64,000 nt of DNA from IMG/VR virus record IMGVR_UViG_2606217110_000013, positions 1 through 64,000 of that record. One strand, written 5' to 3'. The DNA is from an uncultured virus (IMG/VR IMGVR_UViG_2606217110_000013) (lineage: Duplodnaviria > Heunggongvirae > Uroviricota > Caudoviricetes). The position numbers and the translations under genes were made by a program. Below are positions 37,165 through 46,816 of the stretch, in pieces. The notes beneath the pieces are model-generated. The model saw only the letters and a program-made list of their open reading frames with translations, ran no database searches and was not told the DNA's origin. The first letter of the stretch is position 1; each line of letters opens with the position of its first letter.

Positions 37165-38328
37165 TTAATCAAAATTCTTCTGTTTCATTGCCTCAGCCGC
37201 TTTTTGCAGCGGTCCTTTCAAGGCTTTTTCTAACTTTGTCATCTGCTCTAAGTGCCACGCAACCGCTTGGGGCCACGTCTCTTTATTAAACCCATCAGCT
37301 TTGGTCGAAAACTGAATACGGCAAGATTTCTTCTCATCCAGCCTCATCCACTCAAGTTCTGCACCAAAAGCATGTTCAATGTCCTGTTTGGACTGACTCA
37401 ACAAGTCAAAAAGGTATTTATTCTCTTCGGTAACCCCACGGCTGATCCAAAGCTCTACTCGAAGCTCTTTTTGCAGAAATATCAGGTTATACGGACACCC
37501 ACTTAACCCTGAGCCTGCTGATAACCAGTGATCTTTGCTTGGGCTAATGTTGTTATAGAGTTGGCAAACGCTTTTCTGAAACGCCTCTAAGGCACGCTCC
37601 CAGTACTCGCGACGCACCGTATGGCGGTTTTTAAGGACCACTTCGGTGGTTTTTTCTTCCGCTTCCTTGGCATTAATGCCGATCATCAACTCTTTCGCTT
37701 CTGGCGTTGGAATGATCTGGTCAATATTAATCAGTAGCTGTTCACCCAGTGAATAAGGCGTGATTTTGAAGCAGGCAATGCTAATGCCTTGACCCAATAA
37801 CCACAGCGCGGTGCTGGTCACTTCTTTGCGAAAGTTTGCCGCAACTAGCATAATACGCTGGCTGTTACCCAGGTTGAGCTTTAACTCATCCAGATCGGGC
37901 GCATCCAAAAATTCACATATTCTCGCCGAAGCACTTGCAGGGGCATTTAACAGGTCAACCTCTGCTGTTACAGGCTCATAGCGATCTAAGTACTGCTGGT
38001 AAATGTCAACTATTTGTGCTTTGGTTAAACTGGCACAGTAAGAGGCATATTTAAGGGCCTGCCACACCACATCTCGGCCACTGTCGTCCAGCTTATTTTC
38101 AATAATGACCAAGTTGCCATCTTTATCCAGTGCCAGTAAATCTAATCGTTCACGGGTGTCATCAAAGCCATCGAACTCTTTTTGAATAATCAACAACTCT
38201 TCACCCAATGCGGAAGGTTCGTGTGCCAACCACTCCTGAAGATGCTTGCGCTCAGTAAAGCCCAACTCACTGAACTTCTTTGTCCTAACAGGACTAATCC
38301 TGTTAGTTTGATGATTTACCGTGAACAT
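37165..38328 (-). CDS. NucS/Mrr-like PD-(D/E)xK nuclease with DUF4268-like C-terminus
   Basis: RLDLLALDKDGNLVIIENK and QALKY; C-terminal W-rich domain. Confidence 0.8.
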   Translation of the reverse strand: MFTVNHQTNRISPVRTKKFSELGFTERKHLQEWLAHEPSALGEELLIIQKEFDGFDDTRERLDLLALDKDGNLVIIENKLDDSGRDVVWQALKYASYCASLTKAQIVDIYQQYLDRYEPVTAEVDLLNAPASASARICEFLDAPDLDELKLNLGNSQRIMLVAANFRKEVTSTALWLLGQGISIACFKITPYSLGEQLLINIDQIIPTPEAKELMIGINAKEAEEKTTEVVLKNRHTVRREYWERALEAFQKSVCQLYNNISPSKDHWLSAGSGLSGCPYNLIFLQKELRVELWISRGVTEENKYLFDLLSQSKQDIEHAFGAELEWMRLDEKKSCRIQFSTKADGFNKETWPQAVAWHLEQMTKLEKALKGPLQKAAEAMKQKNFD

Positions 38329-38337
38329 ATTCGCGTC

Positions 38338-39618
38338 CTATTGCTCAACCATTTCTGGGGTGATTTTTATTTTTCCTGTCACGGCGCTGTTGATCAGGGT
38401 GGTTTTGTATTCTTTAAGCTTTTCAATCTGCGACTTTTGGATATCAATCGTGCGATTCAGATCTGGCTCAATTCCTTCAATGAACGAAATTATTTCTTGA
38501 ATTTCATCTTTTGGTGGCACTGGAACCAATACACTTGCAAGACGATCCCTTGTTAATTTTGGCTGTGCCGCACCAGAAATATATACCGTATAGTCCAATC
38601 CGCTTAATAATTCGGCCCAGTATTTAAAACCATGAAATTTTGGCTTAATAATATGTGCATGGTTATTCACCCAATACTTTCCAGTTGCAACAAAAGCCAA
38701 TGGTGTTGACTTGCTTAGCAAATTCGCGCCATCTTCAGCGATCAAGATTAAATCTTCATCAAAGATGTAGTCATCAACATAATCGATAACACCACTTGCT
38801 CCGTAATACGGATATACGCCCTGTCTCGACTCTCTCTCAACTGCGCTTATTGGAACTCTTCTACTGTTAAGAAACTCAAACGCATATCTCAATGACATTA
38901 AGTTCCAATGCGCTGGAATCTTACCAATCCAATCCACACCGGAGTCTTTCATTGGCACATTGGGATCAAGCCCTTGGGTCACCGCCTGTTGGATGATGAT
39001 CTGCTTACGCTCTTTCAGCAGGCTAATTTGCTGCTCTTTGATCGAAATCGCTTCGTCGATTAGAGCGGTTTTCTTGTCGAGAAAATTTGCAATTAGGGAC
39101 TGCTCTTCTTCTGAAGGCAGAACAAAAGGAATCACCTTCATCCGTGCTTTTGAAAGGTCCCACTGACCAATCCTTACACCATCTGATGCACTACCAAAAA
39201 ACGATACATATAACTTACTGCGTATCGCCCAATTGAAAAACTCAGGATTTATTGCCTTTGTAAAATCAAAAATAAAATACGCAGGACTTACAATTCCAGT
39301 GAACTTTGATACACCGTAAGAACCCTGCCACGCTTTCATTTTATTCATTCCAAATTGACCTTTCTCAAGCTTTTTATAGCCGCTAAGATCATCTGGTATA
39401 AAATTGTGATTTGACTCTTGATTATCCACGTCTCTCTCGATAACACCTTGTTCGCGTGTTATCGAAAGTAGTGGCAATTCAGGGCAGTTTTTGACCGACA
39501 CCGGAGATAGGCACGAGCCTAACTTAACCAAGTCCCAATGCTCTGGAATCTCGCCAATCCACTCATAACCAGAGTCACTATATTGATCATACTTTAGCGT
39601 TGAGGTAATGCTTTCCAT
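38338..39618 (-). CDS. hsdS: Type I R-M specificity subunit S
   Basis: Two TRDs with repeated DSG.EWIG.IP.HW and P..EQ..I..F conserved regions; LINSAVTGKI end. Confidence 0.95.
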   Translation of the reverse strand: MESITSTLKYDQYSDSGYEWIGEIPEHWDLVKLGSCLSPVSVKNCPELPLLSITREQGVIERDVDNQESNHNFIPDDLSGYKKLEKGQFGMNKMKAWQGSYGVSKFTGIVSPAYFIFDFTKAINPEFFNWAIRSKLYVSFFGSASDGVRIGQWDLSKARMKVIPFVLPSEEEQSLIANFLDKKTALIDEAISIKEQQISLLKERKQIIIQQAVTQGLDPNVPMKDSGVDWIGKIPAHWNLMSLRYAFEFLNSRRVPISAVERESRQGVYPYYGASGVIDYVDDYIFDEDLILIAEDGANLLSKSTPLAFVATGKYWVNNHAHIIKPKFHGFKYWAELLSGLDYTVYISGAAQPKLTRDRLASVLVPVPPKDEIQEIISFIEGIEPDLNRTIDIQKSQIEKLKEYKTTLINSAVTGKIKITPEMVEQ

Positions 39619-42047
39619 TAGGCTTCTCCCTGAACTTCCGCCACTTTCACGCCTAATATTTGTGCAATCAAACCATCAGCCTTCTGCTCTAGATTGATAA
39701 TGTCAGTTGCTACTTCTTCAAGACTACGTAATGGCTTATGCAGATAGAAATACTTATTGAAGCTGATTTCATAGCCAATTTTTACCGTATCTAGGTTTAT
39801 CCATGCTTCATCGACATGAGGCTTCACTTCATCTAGGAAGTACTGGTAAATGCTTTGCTTTAATGGAACAGATTCTGTATCTCGCAGGTCTGAATTGGTC
39901 TCGTAAGTGATATACTCGCCTTTTTTACCGCCTTCTGCTGAAGGAACGGGGTAATAACCAAAATCTGGCAAGTCAGCGACTTCACACTCATAGCGCTCCA
40001 GCAGGTCGTTTAATTTATCACCCGTTAATTTAACTACCTTTTTAACCACTTTCTTGGCGGTTTCGTCATACCAGCTCACCGCGTGAAGAATGGCATTTTT
40101 CTCAGGTGCTGAAAGCTTAATAGCATGGGCTTTTAGCGATTTATCAACTTGGGTTTTAAAGCTATTGAAGTCATCAAATTCAATGCTACCGATGTCAGCC
40201 ATCAGCGTTTGTGCAGTTTCAAGCAATGCTTTTAGCGCCAGCCAGTGTTTCACATCAAGCAGTTTGGCCTTAGCCTTAGCATTGAGACTGATGTCGTTAT
40301 CTTCACACCAAGAAAGAATGTCTTTCTCGATGGATTTTAAGAAGCTCTTTTTCTGATCTGACCCGTAGCCAGTTTTTTCGTAAACACGTTCGCCGTGCTC
40401 TGCGTACACGTACTCCATCACTTCACTAAGTTGCTTATCAAAACGCAGTGGGGCTATGGCATCTTGAGTAAACTTGGCTTTGCGGCGATCTGGGCGCTCG
40501 ATAGTGACTTTGTAGTAGCCAAAATCGTCATTGCTGAATACCTTACTGGCGATGCCAACAGGATCATTGTTTGCATCCAGTGCTCTTTCAACATCCTTAC
40601 ACGCGAGGTAAGTATCGGTAATTTCCGTGATGTGCTCAGGCGCAAATTCGCAGTTTTTGTTACCTAAGTTCTTGCGCAACTTACGGTAGAGCAAGCTGGC
40701 ATCAATTAATTGCACCTTACCTTTACGCGCCTCAGGTTTATTGTTGCTCAACACCCAAATGTAAGTGGTAATGCCAGTGTTATAGAACAGGTTATTAGGT
40801 AACTGAACGATGGCATCTAGCATGTCGTTTTCAATGATGAAGCGACGAATATTACTTTCACCACCGCCCGCATCTCCGGTAAAGAGCGATGAGCCGTTAT
40901 GAACAGAGGCAATCCGGCTGCCTAATGGACTTACGCTCGGATCTTTCATCTTGTTGACCATCTCCATTAAGAAAAGCAGCTGGCCATCACTCGAACGTGG
41001 CGTGGCATCCACCACTTCGAGATTTCCCCAATAGTCTTTCAGGCTAACCTTAAAACGCGGGTCAATCACATCACTGCCGTCTTTAATGTACTTCTGTTCA
41101 GACGCCCAACTCTTACCGTATGGCGGGGTAGACAACATAAAGTCAAAACGTGAAGCCGCAAACTCGTCGGTAGACAAGGTTGAGCCTACCTTGATGTTCT
41201 CAGGGTTGTTACCTTTGATCATCATGTCCGATTTACAAATCGCGTAGGTCTCGTCATTGATCTCTTTGCCGTAAAGGTAAATATCTCGGCTGTCGTTCGG
41301 GTATTTCTCTTCAATGAAGTTTTGAGATTCAGTGAGCATACCACCGCTACCACACGCAGGGTCGTAAACGGTCATGGTCAATGGTAGCTGCTCTTTCACT
41401 GGGTCAAAAACCAAGTGTGTCATCAGCTCAATCACTTCCCTAGGTGTAAAGTGCTCACCGGCTTCTTCGTTATTCTCCTCGTTGAACTTACGGATCAACT
41501 CTTCGAACACGTACCCCATACCCAGGTTAGTAAGGGCTGGCATCTTGTTGCCATCTGGGTCTTCGATCGTTTCATGAGTTAAGTTGATGTAAGGGGAAAC
41601 AAACTTTTCGACGACATCAAGAAGGACTTGCTTTGAGGCCATGTGACGAATTTGCGACTTGAGGTTAAAGCATTCAATGATTTCTTTAACATTATCGCTA
41701 AAGCTAAGCAGGTACTCTTCAAAGTTGGCGAGTAATATCTGTTGGTTATTCGTTGCGGTGTTGAACAGGGATTTCAGGGTCCATTTAGATGTATTGTAAA
41801 AAACATAACCACTAGCCGCCTTCAATGGTTCATCATCAAGCTCCGTGGCTTGCATCTCTTCTTTTTGGAACTTGACCTCTTCAAGCACGGCTTCTTTGGT
41901 GGGTTCAAGTAACGTATCTAAACGTCGTAATACCACCATAGGTAAAATCACATCGCGGTACTTACCGCGAACGTACACATCACGTAAACAGTCGTCGGCA
42001 ATGTTCCATATAAATGAGATGAGCTTGTTATGTACACTATGATCCAT
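39618..42047 (-). CDS. hsdM: Type I R-M methyltransferase subunit M (motif IV reads TPPY)
   Basis: GEHFTPRE, YDPACGSGGML, FDFMLSTPPYG; start set at MDHSVH. Confidence 0.95.
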   Translation of the reverse strand: MDHSVHNKLISFIWNIADDCLRDVYVRGKYRDVILPMVVLRRLDTLLEPTKEAVLEEVKFQKEEMQATELDDEPLKAASGYVFYNTSKWTLKSLFNTATNNQQILLANFEEYLLSFSDNVKEIIECFNLKSQIRHMASKQVLLDVVEKFVSPYINLTHETIEDPDGNKMPALTNLGMGYVFEELIRKFNEENNEEAGEHFTPREVIELMTHLVFDPVKEQLPLTMTVYDPACGSGGMLTESQNFIEEKYPNDSRDIYLYGKEINDETYAICKSDMMIKGNNPENIKVGSTLSTDEFAASRFDFMLSTPPYGKSWASEQKYIKDGSDVIDPRFKVSLKDYWGNLEVVDATPRSSDGQLLFLMEMVNKMKDPSVSPLGSRIASVHNGSSLFTGDAGGGESNIRRFIIENDMLDAIVQLPNNLFYNTGITTYIWVLSNNKPEARKGKVQLIDASLLYRKLRKNLGNKNCEFAPEHITEITDTYLACKDVERALDANNDPVGIASKVFSNDDFGYYKVTIERPDRRKAKFTQDAIAPLRFDKQLSEVMEYVYAEHGERVYEKTGYGSDQKKSFLKSIEKDILSWCEDNDISLNAKAKAKLLDVKHWLALKALLETAQTLMADIGSIEFDDFNSFKTQVDKSLKAHAIKLSAPEKNAILHAVSWYDETAKKVVKKVVKLTGDKLNDLLERYECEVADLPDFGYYPVPSAEGGKKGEYITYETNSDLRDTESVPLKQSIYQYFLDEVKPHVDEAWINLDTVKIGYEISFNKYFYLHKPLRSLEEVATDIINLEQKADGLIAQILGVKVAEVQGEA

Positions 42048-42208
42048 TTTCTTTTCCTGTTCAGTGTTGGTTGCACCCCACAAAGTTGCTGCAACGGCTT
42101 CACTATAAATTTAAAATTCTGTTCTTTCTGTAACGCCTAAATGGCCTCTACATCGTTCGATTAACTTGTTCTACCCGGCGCTAGATTTAAGTTTATGACA
42201 CCATAAAG

Positions 42209-42292
42209 TGAATCGCCACAGGTTTAATAGACTGAATCGCCACAGGTTTAACAGACACCTCAGAGTCATTTAAGATGACTTAAAGAGAGGTG
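42209..42292 (+). mobile_element. IS3-family left-end remnant with tandemly duplicated terminal repeat
   Basis: TGAATCGCCACAGGTTTAAYAGAC at 42209 and 42233, followed by an IS leader ending at GAGAGGTG with no transposase. Confidence 0.75.
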
Positions 42293-42471
42293 TACAGCTC
42301 GGTATTCAGACCAGTCCACTGACGGCCAACGCCGACAACTTCACCGATACCTTTGTCTTCACCCAATTTGTTTACTTTGATGCCAACGTACCCAGGCTCA
42401 ACACGATCGCAGCCTGTAAGACCCATTGTGCAAACAGCAGCCACGATCACTGCCAGTAAACCTTTCTTCAT
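42293..42471 (-). pseudogene. Truncated SPFH/band-7 lipoprotein gene
   Basis: Lipobox LTGC, RVEPGYVGIKVN; interrupted after about 60 codons at the IS remnant. Confidence 0.8.
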
Positions 42472-42474
42472 TAC

Positions 42475-42675
42475 TTACTTCCCCTTCGAATTAATTAGTG
42501 ACTTCAGAAAGTTACGACCAACATTAAAGCCGATAACAGGAGCGCCAAAAGCAACAATGATTCCAAGCATTACGGCAATATCGCTTTTAGCCGAGATCAG
42601 CGACGGAACCAGCAAACAGTAGATGAAAACTACAGATATACCTGTAGCCACTGCCATCAGATAGAGTTTGATCAT
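42475..42675 (-). CDS. Small membrane protein
   Basis: 66 aa, two hydrophobic helices. Confidence 0.7.
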   Translation of the reverse strand: MIKLYLMAVATGISVVFIYCLLVPSLISAKSDIAVMLGIIVAFGAPVIGFNVGRNFLKSLINSKGK

Positions 42676-42765
42676 GTGTTTTCCTATGTGGCTATTGTGT
42701 GTAGATGGTGAGTAAGTGTTTATATATTTTCAAGGTATAAAGGCGTCCATTCGGACGCCTGAAAA

Positions 42766-43839
42766 TTAATCTTCTAATTCATCTGTCGGTGATGTCTTCT
42801 CGCGCCTGTCATCTATTGCCTGTAACGCAGCAATGATTTCAGCTAATGGCTTCTCCCGGTACATCTCGACGATCTGTGATTTGGTGTATTTCTTCTCGCC
42901 AATTTCCACACGCCCGCTGGCGCTCTTGGGCAGGTATCCTTCCTCCAGCATGTATTCAACCAGAGACTCGACGACGTCCAGCCCGCGAGTCGGGTCGAAG
43001 TAGAATTTCCATGAGCATTTGCCAAACGGAGGCGCGACTTTGTTTTTAATGCACTCGGCGCCAACGTCCTGTCCGATCTTCTCTTTGCCATCCTTCATGA
43101 CGGATGCACCCAGACGGATGCGCACCGACGCGTAGAACTTCGGAGAGTCGCCACCCGGAGACGTAGTCGGATCGCCAAACATCACACCAATTTTGGTACG
43201 CACCTGGTTCAAGAAGATGATGCACGCGTTGTACTTACGCGCCCAAAGCGCCAGAGTAGGGAAGTTCGCACTTGTCGCGCGCGCCAGCGCCGTGTTGTCG
43301 TTCATGTTCAGCTGATCTTTGTCTTTCGCAGTGCCTTCTGCCATCTTGTCGAACTTCTCAGCCTTCGAGTTCGGAACCATCGACGCCAGAGAGTCGGCTA
43401 CGATGCAGATAGGGGCTGTTTCCGGAATAAGCTCTTCGTCGCGCACCAGCTTGAGGATTGTGCCGATCAGCTCTACGGAGTCTTCGAAGGTATCCGGCTG
43501 TTTGTAGACCCACTGACCGTCATCCTCATCTGCGTTCAGGCCATTGGCTACAGCCAGGCCAACGTCAAAACTGTTTTCATGATCGAGGAATACCGCCAGA
43601 CCATCTTGTTTTTGAGCGGAGATCATCGCTGCTGTTGCAAGGAACGTTTTCCCTGCACTTGGAGGACCGAATACTTCGACGATACGACCACATGGGAAGC
43701 CGCCATCGTAACGACCAGAAATAGCTTTGTTTAACGGTGGAAAGCCTGTATCAATCCAATGAGTTACTTTCTGAATTTCGTCGTTGCTACCGATTTTCTT
43801 TTTCAGAGCAAGTGCCAGTGCGGATTTTCCTTTTGCCAT
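42766..43839 (-). CDS. recA: RecA/UvsX-like recombinase
   Basis: GRIVEVFGPPSAGKT, VADSLA, FLNQVRTKIGVMFG, IKNKVAPPF. Confidence 0.93.
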   Translation of the reverse strand: MAKGKSALALALKKKIGSNDEIQKVTHWIDTGFPPLNKAISGRYDGGFPCGRIVEVFGPPSAGKTFLATAAMISAQKQDGLAVFLDHENSFDVGLAVANGLNADEDDGQWVYKQPDTFEDSVELIGTILKLVRDEELIPETAPICIVADSLASMVPNSKAEKFDKMAEGTAKDKDQLNMNDNTALARATSANFPTLALWARKYNACIIFLNQVRTKIGVMFGDPTTSPGGDSPKFYASVRIRLGASVMKDGKEKIGQDVGAECIKNKVAPPFGKCSWKFYFDPTRGLDVVESLVEYMLEEGYLPKSASGRVEIGEKKYTKSQIVEMYREKPLAEIIAALQAIDDRREKTSPTDELED

Positions 43840-43841
43840 GA

Positions 43842-44114
43842 TCAGGCTCCTTTTGTTTCGTTGATTCGTTTTAAAGCGGCGGATTCGTCGAATACAATCG
43901 CATCGTGGTTAAGGAGTCTGGATACACGAGCGAGGATTTTTACGACCTGCTCGCTGACTAATCCAAACTCGCGATCTGTCGCTTTCATTCCGGCAGCGCC
44001 TAGAATTGACGGCAGTGCGATGACAGCGTACTCACCGTGATAAAAGACAATCTCTTTTGCCAGTTGGGCAGGGGTGGTTGTAGCGCCATTGATAATCGAT
44101 TTAAGCATTAGCAA
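43842..44114 (-). CDS. Hypothetical protein
   Basis: 90 aa within the operon. Confidence 0.65.
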   Translation of the reverse strand: MLMLKSIINGATTTPAQLAKEIVFYHGEYAVIALPSILGAAGMKATDREFGLVSEQVVKILARVSRLLNHDAIVFDESAALKRINETKGA

Positions 44115-45103
44115 TACCTTTCGAATGGAAGAACAAACACTTCAAGGTCTTCAAGGAACGAACGGAAATTCAGCTCGTAGCACAGTTGCTCGAATGCTTT
44201 CACGTCACGATTGCCTTTGATTGTTTCGATTTCGGTAGGCGGAAACTTCGTCTCAATCAGGTTCATTAGCGTGATGTTTCTCTTGAACGCTTCGAGCATT
44301 CGACAGCCTGTTTTCTCGTTGAAGGCATTCTTCGCTAGTTTGTTGAAGGCGGTCTTATGGCGTCCTTTGTCAACCACGATTGAGCCGTCGTTGATGCCGC
44401 GTACCATCGTTGCGACACTTCCCCATTCATGCAGCAGCTCTTTCGCACCGCCAGCACCAATGCCACCAACACCGCTAATGTTGTCCGATTTATCGCCTTG
44501 TAATGCTTTTGCTTCCAAAAATGCGCGAGGAGTAGCGAATCCTGTCAGCTCCGCAAATTGCTCAAAATTAACCTGCTTGTTTTTGGCGTCTTCGCGCAGG
44601 CTTACCCAGCTTACGTTTTCGCGAACTAACTGAAGCCAGTCGCTATCGCCTGTTAACAGATAGATGTGTTCAACGATTGGCTGCGGTGCAATGCTGGCTA
44701 CCAGCAGCCCGGCCAGATCATCCGCTTCTGCATCTTTTGCAATGAGTTGGGTAACTCCAAGCGCGGTCATCATTTTGAGGATGTATGGCTTCTGGATAGC
44801 AAAGCCTTCCTTCATCTTTTTCATATCAGGATCGTCGTCGCGATTTGCTTTGTAGTCCGGGTAAAAGTCGCGACGCTTGTCACTAAATCCATCCCAAAGA
44901 ATCATAGGTCGGGCATGGAGGATGGAGGCATAACGACGGACGTTCTTAACAAAGCCGAAAGCAGCCTGTACTTCCATTTCGCCGTTGTGCAATTTGTCAG
45001 ATTGTTGGTGGTAATAACCCAGGCTATTGCCATCTACGAAGAGATAATTCACCGGTACATTCCTTCCAAAAAGTAAGGCGTCCGTAGACGCCTTACTGGT
45101 CAC
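44108..45103 (-). CDS. 5'-3' exonuclease / flap endonuclease
   Basis: FVDGNS, YKANR, EADD, GDSDWLQ, GDKSDNISGVGGIG; true start likely slightly downstream. Confidence 0.93.
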   Translation of the reverse strand: MTSKASTDALLFGRNVPVNYLFVDGNSLGYYHQQSDKLHNGEMEVQAAFGFVKNVRRYASILHARPMILWDGFSDKRRDFYPDYKANRDDDPDMKKMKEGFAIQKPYILKMMTALGVTQLIAKDAEADDLAGLLVASIAPQPIVEHIYLLTGDSDWLQLVRENVSWVSLREDAKNKQVNFEQFAELTGFATPRAFLEAKALQGDKSDNISGVGGIGAGGAKELLHEWGSVATMVRGINDGSIVVDKGRHKTAFNKLAKNAFNEKTGCRMLEAFKRNITLMNLIETKFPPTEIETIKGNRDVKAFEQLCYELNFRSFLEDLEVFVLPFERYC

Positions 45104-45112
45104 GTAATGGGA

Positions 45113-46141
45113 TTACAGAGAGTCCAGCTCTCTCAGTAGGTCATCCAGACCTTCATCTTCCGTCGCAGATGCGGCTGCTACAGATGTCGCTGCGACTGCT
45201 TCAGACTCTTTGACTGATACTGCAACGGCAGCGGGACTTGCTTCTGGTTTAAATTCAGTTTCAACGGCACGGAGGATTTCTTCATCAACCAGACTGGTTG
45301 GTTCAGAAGCTGGGGTATGAGCGGTAGCTACAGCAGTCGCACCCTCCGTATGACCAGTGACAGAGCCAAATCCAGGTAGTGCCGCAGCCGATGTTTTCGC
45401 GGTTGAGGAAATTGCTGGTGCAGATGCTGCGGCAGTTGGTGCAGCGATGCCAATCAGACGACCCATAGTGCGAACTGTCGACAGAAGACGAGTTTCATCA
45501 GCCTGATTTGCGTATGCGATCAGATCATGCTGGGTGTTCCAGAATTTATCTTCGATATCGCCTTTGTAGACTTTACGCTTAGGCGAGACGTCATATTTGG
45601 TATCGCGACCAGAGCCAGTACGTTTAATCAGGAATGCGTAGCCTTCCTCTTTGCTCAGTGGATTGCCGATATCATCAGCGATGTCTTCGGTGATTGCTTT
45701 GCAGATATCATCGAATACAGTAGACGGCAGCTCGATTAACTGGCATTTCTCAGCATCTGCGAAATCCTCACGAGCAGAAAGAATGCCGTTGACCAGGTAG
45801 CGAGGAGTGGCACGCATTTGACCGATGCGTTCTTCCATTGCTTTGTTACCCTTGTGACGAGCGCGACCTTCCATCACCATTTCGCATAGCTGACAAGCGC
45901 GACCGTGAGTATGTTGCTCACAAATATAAGCGTTGGTTGCTTCTTTACCTTCCTCGTTCTGATACTTAACGTAGTGCATACCGAAAGTCTGGAAGAACTT
46001 ACCGTTTGGGTCGTCTTTATTCGGGAAGATGCGGATATAGTTGACGCCGTCTTTTAAGCGAGTCAGATCAACGTTGTTACCACGTTTGGCGGCAATGTCT
46101 TCACGAGTTTTGTTAAGCAAATCAAGTAATGTCTTAGACAT
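45113..46141 (-). CDS. Phage ssDNA-binding protein (gp32-like)
   Basis: YIRIFP, C..C zinc motif, flexible Ala-rich linker, acidic tail DEGLDDLLRELDSL. Confidence 0.7.
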   Translation of the reverse strand: MSKTLLDLLNKTREDIAAKRGNNVDLTRLKDGVNYIRIFPNKDDPNGKFFQTFGMHYVKYQNEEGKEATNAYICEQHTHGRACQLCEMVMEGRARHKGNKAMEERIGQMRATPRYLVNGILSAREDFADAEKCQLIELPSTVFDDICKAITEDIADDIGNPLSKEEGYAFLIKRTGSGRDTKYDVSPKRKVYKGDIEDKFWNTQHDLIAYANQADETRLLSTVRTMGRLIGIAAPTAAASAPAISSTAKTSAAALPGFGSVTGHTEGATAVATAHTPASEPTSLVDEEILRAVETEFKPEASPAAVAVSVKESEAVAATSVAAASATEDEGLDDLLRELDSL

Positions 46142-46258
46142 GTGTTTCTCCTTGTTGTGATTTGGCCGATGGCGCTATGCGCGTTGGGCTTTCGTTCATT
46201 CGTGGCTCTTTCGAGCTGTTAAATGATAGATCAGTACTTACTTATTATCTATCAAAAA

Positions 46259-46714
46259 TCAACGGGGAGTAATAAAGCGTTCAGAGCCTAATCGCTCTAA
46301 TTCAACGATGGCCATCTTTGACGCCTGAACGATCATGTCTCGGCGATGCGAAAAGGCGGCGACAGCATGTTTGTATATGTCTGCGATGTGCCGTGCTTCA
46401 TCCAACTTCTGCCTTTTAGACAGATACTGTGGGTTTGTTTTAACCTTAGCGTCCAGTACAGATTCGTTGAACTTAATGCCGTTCATACTCAAGTTCTTAC
46501 GCTCTGTGTCGTATAGCTTTGCTTCAACAGCTTCAAGGTTAAGTTTTGCCTCTGCGACACTTCTTTCTGCATGAGCGAGTTTTGAGCCATACTCCATTAA
46601 AAGGCGGGGTTGTCTACGCCAGACTTCCTCCAGATTGTCTCGGTCAAACTCGAGATCAGACATTATTTTCTCGTAAATATCGGCGATCATGCACATTTCC
46701 TTATCACTTATCAT
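46259..46714 (-). CDS. UvsY-like recombination mediator (helical)
   Basis: Size, helical pattern and position beside SSB-like and recA genes. Confidence 0.5.
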   Translation of the reverse strand: MISDKEMCMIADIYEKIMSDLEFDRDNLEEVWRRQPRLLMEYGSKLAHAERSVAEAKLNLEAVEAKLYDTERKNLSMNGIKFNESVLDAKVKTNPQYLSKRQKLDEARHIADIYKHAVAAFSHRRDMIVQASKMAIVELERLGSERFITPR

Positions 46715-46816
46715 TTTGTATTGATTATATCATTGTAATGATGAGGCAATGAGCTTGAAGATAGGGGGGGTGAGGGGATAAGGGAAAACATGGCCTTTAT
46801 GGCCATGTTTATTGGA

